A stretch of DNA of 32,000 bases from Candidatus Electrothrix sp. GW3-4 (GTDB lineage: Bacteria; Desulfobacterota; Desulfobulbia; Desulfobulbales; Desulfobulbaceae), in assembly GCF_037902255.1 (NCBI RefSeq), contig NZ_CP147990.1:3510001-3542000 (forward strand). The letters are read 5' to 3'. Of the stretch, positions 22,829 to 32,000 are shown one piece after another. Numbering within the stretch: the stretch's first letter is position 1; every line of letters begins with the position of its first letter. The position numbers and the translations under genes are program-made. Under the pieces are notes generated by a model. The model was given only the letters and a program-made list of their open reading frames with translations. It made no database searches and was not told the DNA's origin.

Positions 22829-24139
22829 TCAGGAACGGGGAACAGAACGATAGCCTTCACTGTCGGTAATATCCTGCTCAATGGCGGCGGCAGCCTGGTG
22901 TAGGGCTTTCTGCACATCGGCGCCGTTGCGGATTTCGTCAAAGGCCTGCTGAAAGACCGAGGTGATGACCTGATAGGCCGGGGTGCGGGGCCGCTCCACG
23001 CTGCTCTGCCGGAGCTGATCCACAAAAAGTCGGAGCGGGCCGCCTTCCCTGTACAAGGGCGAGCGGGCAATGGCGGTCTTGGTTGCAGGTACGGCCCCGT
23101 TGACCTCGGTCATGGCCAGAATATTTTCCGGGCGAAGCAGAAAAGCGAGGAACTGGCCTGCGGCCTCGGGATGGCGGGTATCCGCGTTGATCCCCCATTG
23201 CCAGGAACCTTGGCCGGTCTTTGAACCTTGCCCGAAATCCGGCAGAGGCAGAAGCACCAGCTTGTCGCCCAGTGCCTTTGCGTAGCGGGGATATTCCCAA
23301 TGCCCCACCCAGGAAAGCGCGACCCGCTCTTCGACAAAGGCGGCATCATCCAGGTTCGGATCAACAGAGCCCTGTTGAAACCAATCCCGCAGGGTTGTCA
23401 TGGCATTGACCGCCTCTTTTCCGGCCAGCACCGGCTCTGCATGGAGATAATCCTGTCGGTCGATCAGATCACCACCGGCAGACTGAATAATCGGGGAAAA
23501 GGCATAGGTGAACCACTCGCCCCGGTAATTGGCCTTGAGATCCAGCACAGCCCCGTCCTGATCCTGAGCAGCCAGCTTGTTCAGCACCTGATTGAACTCC
23601 GCCTCTGTCCAGGCATCATCCACTGAAGCGGGAATGCGGACACCTGCCGCCTCCAGCAGGGCTTTGTTGCCGTACATGCCCAGGCCGGAGTCAAACATCC
23701 CCACGGCAAAGAGCTGATCGTGCATGGTGCCCTGTTTGATGATGGACGGCAGGAGATCGGCCTGCACCGCCGCAGGCAGGAGATTATCCAGGGGCTGGAG
23801 CTGATTCTGCCAGACATAGCCGTACAGGAACGGCCCGTCAAATTCGATCACATCCGGCAGGTCATGGGAAAGGGCGGCAGACTGGAGCTGGGAGTTGTAC
23901 GAACCTTCCGGTAGCAGGGTGAGTTCAACGTGGACATCAGGAAATTCTTCGTTAAAACGTTGCACCTGATCCATGAGCACTTTGCGCTCGCCCTCCTGAC
24001 CGCTGTGGGCCCAGACTGTGATCAGTTGCTTATTTGACTCTGCTTCGGGTGTGCAACCTAAAAGGATTGTGCTAAAGAACAGGAGAATAAATAGGTAACC
24101 GGAATGAAGGGAGGACGTTTTTTTATAGCGCATAAGCAT
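22829..24139 (-). CDS. ABC transporter extracellular solute-binding lipoprotein (family 1, sugar-type)
   Basis: 436 aa. It has a lipobox ILLGC after a hydrophobic leader and an SBP_bac_1-like pattern (ITVWAHSGQEGE...). It lies 36 nt upstream of the MalF-like permease. Confidence 0.92.
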   Translation of the reverse strand: MLMRYKKTSSLHSGYLFILLFFSTILLGCTPEAESNKQLITVWAHSGQEGERKVLMDQVQRFNEEFPDVHVELTLLPEGSYNSQLQSAALSHDLPDVIEFDGPFLYGYVWQNQLQPLDNLLPAAVQADLLPSIIKQGTMHDQLFAVGMFDSGLGMYGNKALLEAAGVRIPASVDDAWTEAEFNQVLNKLAAQDQDGAVLDLKANYRGEWFTYAFSPIIQSAGGDLIDRQDYLHAEPVLAGKEAVNAMTTLRDWFQQGSVDPNLDDAAFVEERVALSWVGHWEYPRYAKALGDKLVLLPLPDFGQGSKTGQGSWQWGINADTRHPEAAGQFLAFLLRPENILAMTEVNGAVPATKTAIARSPLYREGGPLRLFVDQLRQSSVERPRTPAYQVITSVFQQAFDEIRNGADVQKALHQAAAAIEQDITDSEGYRSVPRS

Positions 24140-24517
24140 TATCGAACTGTTTTCATATGTAATATACTTATTGGATGAACAATATTTCTCCTGGGAGGCA
24201 ATAAAAAGGCGAACATAATCATCCTAAAAAGTCAAGACATTTTGCTTTTCGGAAAGCGAGTTTTCGCCCTGCAAGAGGGGTCACCGTCCGTCGCAGGGGG
24301 ATTACCCTTCGCCCCTAGTGACGGAACATGCGCCCCTTGGGGAAAACGTCTCAGAGCAGGGGGATGAGGAGGAGGATCTGTTTTTCGTTCTTCCAAATCT
24401 TTTTATTGGCTCGTTGGGTTTGACCGGAGGGGGATGGAGAAGAGAGGTGTTTCGAGGTAACTTAAGAAAGGAGAGACCAGCCCCACACACAGAGGGGTAA
24501 GAACGCGACAAAGATGC

Positions 24518-25351
24518 TTACCGCGCGTCCTGAAAAATCTCAGGATAATAATGGGCCACCCCTTCCAGGATCCCGGCACTGTAGCAGCCGTTCATGCCCT
24601 GAAAACCACCCTGGGCAAGGTAGAGCCCGGCTGAATTCCCAGCTGCTGCTGCCATTGCCTGGGCCTGCTCTGCCACCGCCTGCCGGGCATTGGCCACCAA
24701 GACCGCCGGGATCTCACTGGCCAGCACCTCCAGATCGTTGCCGCTGTCTCCAGAAAAAAGCATCTCCTTGAGGGAGTAGCCCATCTGCTGGCGGAGGAAC
24801 TGGAGGGCCTGATACTTATCAGCACTCGCAGGCAGGATATCCAACAGCTCCTGATCGGCCACCTCATCATGACTCCAGATGATTGAGGCCTGAATCCCCT
24901 GCTCCGCCAGAATGGCCTTGATGAAACGGGTAAGATGTTCCTGGTCCACATCTGCCTCCGCGTAATAACTGAGCTTGAAGCGGGTCATTCGATCCTCCTC
25001 CTGAATATGCAGACCAGGCAAGCCGCGCAGCAGGTCAGCCAGTCCGCCGCTGTCGGTTTGCTGCCAGTCCCTGCCGAGCAGGGTCTCCCAGCCCGCATCA
25101 TGACGCCATATCCCCTGCCCCCAGGAACAGATTGTCGTCCCGACATCAGCAATGAGAATATCAGGAAGAGGCACCCGGTACTCCTCAATAGCCTCTTCGG
25201 TCAGTCGGATACTGCGCCCGGTCACATAGGCGATACGAACGCGCGGGTCTCCTGCCAGGGCAGCAAAGGCGGGCCGGGCCTCGGGCGATTCCTCTTGGGG
25301 ACCGTTCGGCAGGAGGGTACGATCCAAATCTGTACAGACAAGCAACTTCAT
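24518..25351 (-). CDS. HAD-IIB hydrolase, probable sucrose-6F-phosphate phosphatase (SPP)
   Basis: 277 aa. It has the canonical HAD motif I, CTDLDRTL (DxDxT), YVTGRS and a C-terminal SGDSGNDLE motif. It is translationally coupled (ATGA) to the upstream SPS gene. Confidence 0.8.
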   Translation of the reverse strand: MKLLVCTDLDRTLLPNGPQEESPEARPAFAALAGDPRVRIAYVTGRSIRLTEEAIEEYRVPLPDILIADVGTTICSWGQGIWRHDAGWETLLGRDWQQTDSGGLADLLRGLPGLHIQEEDRMTRFKLSYYAEADVDQEHLTRFIKAILAEQGIQASIIWSHDEVADQELLDILPASADKYQALQFLRQQMGYSLKEMLFSGDSGNDLEVLASEIPAVLVANARQAVAEQAQAMAAAAGNSAGLYLAQGGFQGMNGCYSAGILEGVAHYYPEIFQDAR

Positions 25352-27513
25352 GCACTCTCCTCTGACGACTGTTCCTCGTCCTCAGCAAGGAAATCATAAT
25401 GCTCAATCCCCTCAACGACCCCATGGGCATAGGATCCTTTGGCAAAATAGACGCCGTCCAGCTCATCAATATCTGAGAGCTCCTCATGATGGCGATTACC
25501 CACCACCACGGCCCGGGTATTTCCACGCATCATGTCTTCGTCTGCCCCGGATCCACCGGCAACCAGAATATTTTCCAGGGGGATCTCAAGACGATGGGCA
25601 ACATAACGCAGGGCAAGTCCCTTAGAGGCCCGTACCGGTACGATGTCCAGATATTGGCCAAAGGCCAGACTCAGGTTTACGGTTAGGTCGTGCTGTCGTA
25701 AATGGACATTGAGCTCCTCTATAGAAGGCGCTTTCTCCTCGTCATAAAAATAGGAAAGCTTAAATTCCCCCTGCCTTTCTCGTGGTTGAAGACGGAGCCC
25801 TGGCGTATCGGCCAGGATCCTTTTCAGGGTAACCGGGGTCCAGAGATAATCCAGGTGGTGCCGCCAGGTCAGATCAGGGAGGAGGTTACGACCATAATAG
25901 ATCGAAGTACCCAGGCCAGTGATTAACACATCGGGCCGGGGGATCTTCTTCTGTACCATAGTGGCTAAGGCGGAGTCCCGGGTACGACCGGTGGCAATAC
26001 CGAAAAGCATTTTTTTTCTATTATTTCTGATCAACTGGATCAGCTCCTTGCGGCCAGCTGAACTTCCGATCAGGTTTTGGTCCAGATCAGAGAACACTGC
26101 CTTGGTCGCGGGCCTGATCTTCTTCTGATACGGCTCCTCCCGACGATCAAGCACGGGCTTGACCTTGACCAGGGGGGTAATCCGTTTCAGGTATTTTTTG
26201 ACATGGGCCTGCCAGGAATAATGTTTCCGCACCCCCTCCAGGCCATTTCGCTGCAGGGCCTGCCAAAAAGAGCGTTCACTGAGGATTTGCACCAGATGAC
26301 GAACAAGTTGTTTTGCATCAAGTGGGTCAAAAAGCAGGCCGTTTTGACAGTTTTCAATGATATCGACCGGCCCACCGTTTTCCGTGGCCAGCAGCGGACA
26401 ACCGGTGGCTGCCGCCTCCAGCAGGGTCAAACCAAAGGGCTCGGTCAAGGCAGGGTTGATAAAGACACCACCAGAGGCTGCGCACATCCGGTAGATCTCC
26501 GGTACCTCCTCGGCCTTATGATGTTTGGGCAGGGCCACCTTGCCGTACAAATCGTAGAAATCAATAAGCAACAAGAGCTCCTGAATGACCTGCTGCGAGC
26601 CCTCGTCCATATCCCGGATGTCGTCCCGATTTCCAGCTATGATGACCAGGTTCGCCATCTTACGCAGCCGTGCCGACTGCCCATAGGCATGAATCAGGGT
26701 CTTGATATTCTTGCGCTCATCAGGACGGGACAGGGCAAGGATAATCGGTTTTCTTTCCTTACGCAAAAAAGGACGAACCGCTTTGAGAAAAGGAGACTTT
26801 CGCTTGGAAGTGGGGGGGTAGAATTGATTGAGGTCTGCACCAGGTGGGATAACCACCATCCGATCAGGATGATAGAAATCATAGTGTTCATACTGGTCTT
26901 CAATCTCATTGCGGGTACTGGTAACCACCAGTTCCGCAGTGGCCAGGACCTCCTCTTCCGCTTCAATGCGCCGGGAGATATTATAGCGGGATTCGATCTC
27001 CTCCTTTTGCATACCTGCTGCAAGCAGACGCAGCCTCTTATCTCTGCCTAAAGAATGGCCTGTATGAACCAAGGGGATACCGGTAAGGTTGGCGAGCCGA
27101 GCGCCGACAAAACCCGCATCAGCATAATGTGAATGGAGGATGTTTGGGAAGCGCTCCTGTTCCTGAAAAAAGGCCAACAGGTTATCGGCAAAGATATCCA
27201 GGTACTCCCAGAGCTCTTCTTTGCGGGTATACCCTTCCGTGCCAATATTGATCCGGACAATCTGCGCATGCTCGTTAAGGGGTTCCACAGCCTGCGCATA
27301 ATCCTCGCTTACCGCCTCATCCTCAATCCGCTGGGTGACCAAATCAACCCGGTCCACATCCTTGTGCTGCCCCAGCGCATAGGCCAGGTCCCGAACATAA
27401 CGGGTCTGGCCACCGGTATCCGGGTCTCGTCCCAATTCCAGGTCATTTTCCCGTATCAGGCCGTGAATACTTATCAGGGCGATATAAAGACCGTTCTCTT
27501 CTTTCCGCTTCAT
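25348..27513 (-). CDS. sps: Sucrose-phosphate synthase (GT4 glycosyltransferase domain + C-terminal SPP-like HAD domain)
   Basis: 721 aa. The N-terminus YIALISIHGLIRENDLELGRDPDTGGQTRYVRDLAYAL is the SPS signature. The GT-B C-lobe reads FINPALTEPFGLTLLEAAATGCPLLATENGGP. Residues ~470-720 form an HAD-like domain (SDLDQNL...). Confidence 0.9.
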   Translation of the reverse strand: MKRKEENGLYIALISIHGLIRENDLELGRDPDTGGQTRYVRDLAYALGQHKDVDRVDLVTQRIEDEAVSEDYAQAVEPLNEHAQIVRINIGTEGYTRKEELWEYLDIFADNLLAFFQEQERFPNILHSHYADAGFVGARLANLTGIPLVHTGHSLGRDKRLRLLAAGMQKEEIESRYNISRRIEAEEEVLATAELVVTSTRNEIEDQYEHYDFYHPDRMVVIPPGADLNQFYPPTSKRKSPFLKAVRPFLRKERKPIILALSRPDERKNIKTLIHAYGQSARLRKMANLVIIAGNRDDIRDMDEGSQQVIQELLLLIDFYDLYGKVALPKHHKAEEVPEIYRMCAASGGVFINPALTEPFGLTLLEAAATGCPLLATENGGPVDIIENCQNGLLFDPLDAKQLVRHLVQILSERSFWQALQRNGLEGVRKHYSWQAHVKKYLKRITPLVKVKPVLDRREEPYQKKIRPATKAVFSDLDQNLIGSSAGRKELIQLIRNNRKKMLFGIATGRTRDSALATMVQKKIPRPDVLITGLGTSIYYGRNLLPDLTWRHHLDYLWTPVTLKRILADTPGLRLQPRERQGEFKLSYFYDEEKAPSIEELNVHLRQHDLTVNLSLAFGQYLDIVPVRASKGLALRYVAHRLEIPLENILVAGGSGADEDMMRGNTRAVVVGNRHHEELSDIDELDGVYFAKGSYAHGVVEGIEHYDFLAEDEEQSSEESA

Positions 27514-27585
27514 GTTTTCTATCTCCCTGCTGTTTTTTATTGCACCATTTTCATCCCGGCAACACGATGTGCATCCATCTCCATC

Positions 27586-28158
27586 CTATTTCTTAAAAAA
27601 CCCGCTGCCATCACCTGCTTTGACCTCCCACTCCTCCTCAGGTGTGGGCTCAGTGACCTCAGGCCATATCCCCGGCTGCGGTTCAGCACCTTCCAGGGCA
27701 GCAGGAGGGGGATCGGAATCATGAAGAACCGGATTCCTGCGAATTTCACGCCCCTTCACCTCATAACAGAACTCAATAGGAATGCCATTCGGATCAAAGG
27801 AGTACACAGAATGGATAAAATCATGGTCAATCATGTCAGAACAGGCAAAGCCTGCCGCCTCCAGCTTATCTTTCAGCGCCCAAACCTCCTCCTTGGACCC
27901 CAGCCCAAAGGCAAGATGGTCAAAGGCACGAGGACCAGAGGCTGGCTGTCCATGCAATTTTTTCGCGATGCGCTCGGCCCCCTCCCACTCAAAGAAAGAC
28001 AGGCAGCTCTGTTCATCGATTTCAAAAAAATACTGACGAAAGTCTGCCTCACCAAACCCGTTGAGCAATCGCAGCCCCATAAGATCCCGCCAGAAGCGGA
28101 CAGTTGCCTCCATATCCGCCGTCACCATGGCCAAGTGATTAATCCCCTTGAATTGCAT
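27586..28158 (-). CDS. VOC (glyoxalase/bleomycin-resistance/dioxygenase fold) family protein
   Basis: The start was set at MQFKGINHLAMVTADMEATVRFWRDLMGL (ATG at 28158, purine-rich ggaaagagatgg upstream). A tandem beta-alpha-beta-beta-beta pattern is present (FDHLAFGL...IHSVYSFDPNGIPIEF). The 71 extra upstream codons in the track ORF look non-coding. Confidence 0.8.
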   Translation of the reverse strand: MQFKGINHLAMVTADMEATVRFWRDLMGLRLLNGFGEADFRQYFFEIDEQSCLSFFEWEGAERIAKKLHGQPASGPRAFDHLAFGLGSKEEVWALKDKLEAAGFACSDMIDHDFIHSVYSFDPNGIPIEFCYEVKGREIRRNPVLHDSDPPPAALEGAEPQPGIWPEVTEPTPEEEWEVKAGDGSGFFKK

Positions 28159-28541
28159 TCCATCTCTTTCCGTCAAATTATTCTCAGCAATGCCAGCTCC
28201 CCACTCGGAAGCGAGGCTGCAACCTGTACTCAACCCGTGCATCTTGCTTGCCCAGGCAAAAAATATAGCACACCCCCGGAAGGGAAGCAACAAAGGAAGC
28301 CGAAGTGGGTAATGCACAGGCCTCCTCAAAACAACGAGACAATCTAACGGATAATGATGAGGGCACAGCAAAAATTCCTTGTTATCCCCCTGTTCCTCCG
28401 GTACCCTATGAGTTGTTGCCCGGCAAAAGAAAACTTGCCCGCAGCAGTCTCCTGACCCAAAGTCTGAGATGGCCTCCCTGGCCCGTATACGAAGCGCAGA
28501 AGGGGCCCCAGAACTACCTGTCGAATAAACAATTCCGGATT

Positions 28542-31500
28542 ATGATAAAATTTCTTTTGTTCTTCCTGTCCGGTTTTCTTGCCTGCTTTGATCTCTTCTT
28601 TTGGCAGGCCCCTCTCTTTTCCCGGCCCTTAAATCCGAAAACTCCCATCTCGCAGTATCTGCATAAATCGTACTCAGATAACAGCAGAATAAACAGCGTC
28701 CTGGATATTGTTCAGGACGATACCGGATTTCTTTGGTTGGCAACCTACCGCGAACTGGTCAGGTTTGACGGCGAGGAATTCACCTACTATAATCGCTCGA
28801 CCCGGGACGACTTCCCTGCCTCAGCCGTCCGCAGTTTACTCAATGATAAACAAGGAAATTTATGGGTAGGCACCAACGACAGCGGCCTCTTTCGTTTCCA
28901 CAATAATATATTTACTCATTTCAATATGCAAGACGGTCTGCCGAGTGATTCCGTCAGAAGACTCTTTGAGGATAGCAATGGAGGCCTCTGGATCGGTACG
29001 ACCTCAGGTGTTGCCTACTTTAACGGAAAAGTTTTTCAACGATTTACCTCGCCAGAGGCTCTTAATACCAAATTGGTCAACTTTATCTGCCAGGATACAG
29101 ACGACAACATCTGGGTCGGGATCAGCCAGAAAGACGGAGTCTATATCCGCAGAAAAGATGCAGATCAATTTATGCCTTACCAGGGAGCACTTTCTTCGCT
29201 AACCGCCGACACCCCCCTTGAGTACATGATCAAGGACAATAAGGGCGCCGGGCTTTGGGCAATCACCTCAGATACCCTTACGCAGCTCAAGGACAACAAA
29301 ATCGTACAGTTTTTTGAGCTCAACAAAACCATCCAGAACTCCTCAAAAATCATCAACGAAAAAATATACCAGGACAGAAGCGGAGCACTCTGGCTGACCG
29401 GGGACAGCGGACTTACCCGTTTTTATAACGGTACCTTTGACTCTTTCAGTCATGCTGAGGGACTGAACGATGCCATTGTCTTTTCCGCCTACCAGGACAA
29501 GGAAGGCAGCCTCTGGCTCGGCACTCAGCCTGGACTGGAACGACTCTCTGAGCCCAAATTCACTATTTATACCCAGGATGAAGGTCTCTTTGACGATACC
29601 GTCAATGCCGTGTTGGAGGAAAAAAGCGGTGAATTCCTGGTAGCCACAGACCAGGGACTTAACCTCGTTTTTTCCCAACTCGAAAAAACAGAAAAACTGA
29701 CGGACCGCCTCCTGCAAACCAGAATCAGGCATTTGTACAAGGATCGCTCCGGCAAGGTCTGGGTAAGCACCTATGGACGCGGCATCCTGATCCTGGAAAA
29801 CAGAAAAGTCGTCCAGCAGCTGAGCATAAAAAACGGTCTCGTCTCCAACAAGGTACGCCTGGTTCTGGAAGATCGTCAGGGCAACATCTGGATCGGTACC
29901 CAGTCAGGCCTCAGCAGACTCGACCCAACCGGGCACCTGACCAACTATACAACAGACGCCACTCCTGGGCTCATCAACGACTATATTCTCGCTCTGTATG
30001 AAGATGATAGCGGGAAGATCTGGATAGGGACCGACGGAGGGGGGGTCCATATTTATGAAAACGGGGAGATCAAGCAGGGCCTCACGAAGGATGATGGCAT
30101 CTTGGGCAATGTTATCTTTCGCTTCTATAATGATGGAGAGGGTGGGCTCTGGGTGATGACCAATAGCGGCATCTCCATCCTCAAAGACGGACGCATCCAT
30201 AACCTCACCTCCCAAAACGGTCTGTTAACCGACACCGTCTTTGAAGTCTTACGCGATAAACAAAATAAGCTCTGGATGACATCGACCTTTGGCCTTTTTT
30301 ATGTCACTCAGCATGATCTCAACGAGGTCATCAACGGGCGCAAAGAACGATTCCCCATTGTCCTTTTTGATAGCAACTCAGGACTGGAGAAGAACCCCAC
30401 TTCAAACGCCTGGTCTGAACAAGACAGTGCAGGAAATTTCTGGATCGGCACCTATGGTGGGGTGGCTGTTATCAATCCGAAAAATATTCCTATCAACACG
30501 ATCTCGCCAAAAGCAATTATCCTCTCGTCCAATATTTCTCCCCGTAACAGCAGCAAAGCCGAAGAACAGGTCATCGTTCCCGCTGATATTGCCCGACTCA
30601 ACTTCCATTTCGCGGTCCTCAGCTTTGTTTCCCCTGAAAAAAACCTGCTCCAGTATAAACTGGATGGCTTTGATCAGGACTGGTCGCCTCCTGGCAAACA
30701 ACGCAATGTCTCCTACACCAATCTCCCTCCAGGAAACTATGCTTTTCGTGTCAAGGGGATGAATAATGACGGTATTCCTTCGCAGGAAGAGGCGAGACTT
30801 CCTTTTTACAAAAATCCACATTATTACGAGCGCCTCTGGTTTCGCCTTGCAAGCGCCTTATCAGTCCTGCTACTTCTGGTTCTGGGAGGCGTCAAGGTGC
30901 ATAGGGATCGCATAAAAAAACTGAATCACACCTTGGAGCAGCAAAAACTCCAGATTGAGCTGGCAAAAAAAGCAACCAGGGCAGAACGGCTCGCTAAGGA
31001 AAAGGAAAGGGAACTGTCTGAATCCTACAGTCGCTTTGTTCCCCATGATTTTCTCAATTTCCTCGGGAAAAAGAGTCTCCTTGAAGTTGGTCTCGGCGAC
31101 CAGGTGGAACGAACAATGACGGTCTTATTCGCTGATATTCGTAATTTCACCCAAATTTCCGAAGGACTTACCCCCAAAGAGACCTTTGATTTCATCAATT
31201 CTTTTCTCGGACAAATAGCACCAGCAGTCCAACGCTCCGAAGGTTTTATTGACAAGTACATCGGTGATGCCGTCATGGCCTTATTCGCCTCTGCCCAACA
31301 GGCGCTGCATACAGCTGTCCAAATGAATAAAATCCTCCTCAATCCAAAAACGCAGCAATGTATTAAAAATCATGACCAGGAAATCAGAATTGGCATTGGC
31401 ATCAATACAGGGAACCTCATGCTGGGAACAGTCGGTAATAAACACAGGATGGACGGAACCGTTATAAGCGATGCGGTCAATCTCGCCTCACGTATTGAGC

Positions 31501-31883
31501 ATCTCAACAAATACTATGGCTCGAATATCCTCTTCACAGAAGAGACCTATCGCAGGCTGCCCGATACTGATCAGTGGAATATCAGAGAGATTGATCGGGT
31601 TATGGTCAAGGGAAAAACACGGCCTGTAACGCTGTATGAGGCCTTGGATGGATTACCGAAAGATATACGCTCCTTGAAAATCGCTTCGAAACAGCATTTT
31701 GAAGAAGGAGTACATTATTATAGAGCTGGCAAGATGGAGATGGCCCAAGAATTATTCCAAGACTGCTTATCGCAATGTCCGACAGACGAAGCAGCAGAGA
31801 TCTATCTCTGCCGATGTGAGCATTATTTGGTAACCGGGATTGGAGAAGATTGGGACGGAGTGAGCAGACTTGATTTTAAATAA
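28542..31883 (+). CDS. Sensor adenylate cyclase: signal anchor, two-component-regulator propeller repeats, Y_Y_Y domain, TM, coiled coil, class III cyclase domain, TPR-like tail
   Basis: The start was set at MIKFLLFFLSGFLACF (hydrophobic anchor). Many Reg_prop repeats are present (D..G.LW.GT..GL..F). The Y_Y_Y motif is YKLDGFDQDWSPPGKQRNVSYTNLPPGNYAFRVKGMNNDG and the TM is LASALSVLLLLVLGGV. The cyclase core is TVLFADIRNFT...DKYIGDAVMALF...IGINTG....GTVG.....DGTVISDAVNLASRIE. A Lys in KYIGD suggests ATP specificity. Confidence 0.85.
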   Translation: MIKFLLFFLSGFLACFDLFFWQAPLFSRPLNPKTPISQYLHKSYSDNSRINSVLDIVQDDTGFLWLATYRELVRFDGEEFTYYNRSTRDDFPASAVRSLLNDKQGNLWVGTNDSGLFRFHNNIFTHFNMQDGLPSDSVRRLFEDSNGGLWIGTTSGVAYFNGKVFQRFTSPEALNTKLVNFICQDTDDNIWVGISQKDGVYIRRKDADQFMPYQGALSSLTADTPLEYMIKDNKGAGLWAITSDTLTQLKDNKIVQFFELNKTIQNSSKIINEKIYQDRSGALWLTGDSGLTRFYNGTFDSFSHAEGLNDAIVFSAYQDKEGSLWLGTQPGLERLSEPKFTIYTQDEGLFDDTVNAVLEEKSGEFLVATDQGLNLVFSQLEKTEKLTDRLLQTRIRHLYKDRSGKVWVSTYGRGILILENRKVVQQLSIKNGLVSNKVRLVLEDRQGNIWIGTQSGLSRLDPTGHLTNYTTDATPGLINDYILALYEDDSGKIWIGTDGGGVHIYENGEIKQGLTKDDGILGNVIFRFYNDGEGGLWVMTNSGISILKDGRIHNLTSQNGLLTDTVFEVLRDKQNKLWMTSTFGLFYVTQHDLNEVINGRKERFPIVLFDSNSGLEKNPTSNAWSEQDSAGNFWIGTYGGVAVINPKNIPINTISPKAIILSSNISPRNSSKAEEQVIVPADIARLNFHFAVLSFVSPEKNLLQYKLDGFDQDWSPPGKQRNVSYTNLPPGNYAFRVKGMNNDGIPSQEEARLPFYKNPHYYERLWFRLASALSVLLLLVLGGVKVHRDRIKKLNHTLEQQKLQIELAKKATRAERLAKEKERELSESYSRFVPHDFLNFLGKKSLLEVGLGDQVERTMTVLFADIRNFTQISEGLTPKETFDFINSFLGQIAPAVQRSEGFIDKYIGDAVMALFASAQQALHTAVQMNKILLNPKTQQCIKNHDQEIRIGIGINTGNLMLGTVGNKHRMDGTVISDAVNLASRIEHLNKYYGSNILFTEETYRRLPDTDQWNIREIDRVMVKGKTRPVTLYEALDGLPKDIRSLKIASKQHFEEGVHYYRAGKMEMAQELFQDCLSQCPTDEAAEIYLCRCEHYLVTGIGEDWDGVSRLDFK

Positions 31884-31889
31884 TACAGG

Positions 31890-31920
31890 CATGTTCGTCG
31901 AGCAGCGAACATGTTGTTTC
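31890..31920 (+). terminator. Rho-independent (possibly bidirectional) terminator after the cyclase gene
   Basis: CATGTTCG (31890-31897) and CGAACATG (31906-31913) form a perfect 8-bp stem followed by TTGTTTC. An A-rich tract precedes it, which would serve the convergent gene. Confidence 0.65.
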
Positions 31921-31947
31921 AGCAGACTTCCGTATCTGGGCAAAGAA

Positions 31948-32000
31948 TCAGGCGAAGCAGAGCCCGCAATCAGGACAGGTGGTTTCGGTGGTTGAAAAGC
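31948..32000 (-). CDS. 3' end of a convergent gene (only 17 codons visible; CxxCxxC motif)
   Basis: The minus frame reads ...FSTTETTCPDCGLCFA*, with the stop at 31948-31950. This is too short to assign. The Cys spacing is ferredoxin-like. Confidence 0.25.
   Translation of the reverse strand, partial: FSTTETTCPDCGLCFA

Noticed and set aside
24140-24517. 378-bp leader/spacer between SPP and the SBP gene, checked for a riboswitch, a sigma54 promoter or small ORFs (24302..24511 and 24318..24500)
   Set aside because: Only short 4-5 bp stems were seen, such as CCCCTTGGGG and CCTGC...GCAGG. No motif was recognised. The two ORFs overlap each other on opposite strands and look like GC-rich noise.
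26077-27051. 324-aa plus-strand ORF
   Set aside because: It lies entirely antisense to the well-supported SPS glycosyltransferase domain, and no recognisable motifs were seen.
27133-28347. 404-aa plus-strand ORF
   Set aside because: It runs antisense across the SPS 5' end, an intergenic spacer and the whole VOC gene. Its composition is Pro/Arg/Leu-rich junk. It is a shadow ORF of GC-biased third positions.
28159-28371. 71-codon N-terminal extension of the VOC ORF
   Set aside because: The VOC fold begins at MQFKGINHLAMV, which is preceded by a purine-rich SD-like sequence. The extension is Leu/Pro/Arg-rich with no homology signal.
28305-28541. 79-codon N-terminal extension of the cyclase ORF
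   Set aside because: The extension overlaps the divergent promoter region and the VOC upstream sequence, and it is Pro-rich. The internal MIKFLLFF start gives a normal signal anchor.

Overview
This is a chromosomal window of moderate GC. Gene content and repeat types suggest a Desulfobacterota or deltaproteobacterial-type genome, at low confidence. Left end (1-1155): a partial PAS sensor gene and two decayed gene remnants, one RayT/IS200-like and one RhuM-like. 1253-9250 is housekeeping: an MltB-type lytic transglycosylase, a frameshifted biotin carboxylase+BCCP carboxylase subunit, then gap-pgk-tpiA-secG-tRNA-Leu(GAG), with REP-like GTAG palindromes after gap. 9250-13900 is an AT-rich accessory islet next to the tRNA. 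It holds a transposase zinc-ribbon fragment, a PilZ protein, a standalone two-CW cysteine-rich protein followed by a large inverted-repeat element, a flavodoxin-like reductase, an SH3b protein and small hypotheticals. 13934-24139 is a minus-strand CUT1-type sugar ABC operon (SBP, MalF-like permease, MalG-like permease, MalK-like ATPase). Its two permease genes are separated by a ~6 kb co-oriented block. That block encodes what looks like a disassembled DUF2207 system: one membrane/poly-Gly module gene, three paralogous secreted exo-domain genes (one tandemly duplicated) and a small TM ORF. It also holds an oppositely oriented HigB/Gp49-like toxin with an XRE antitoxin. This block is the most unusual content of the window. 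24518-28158 holds sucrose-phosphate phosphatase, sucrose-phosphate synthase and a VOC/glyoxalase-fold gene. 28542-31883 encodes a large periplasmic propeller/Y_Y_Y sensor fused to a class III adenylate cyclase. No rRNA, CRISPR array or intact mobile element was seen. All calls rest on reading the translations and the DNA by eye. Family names are recalled motif matches and need HMM/BLAST confirmation.
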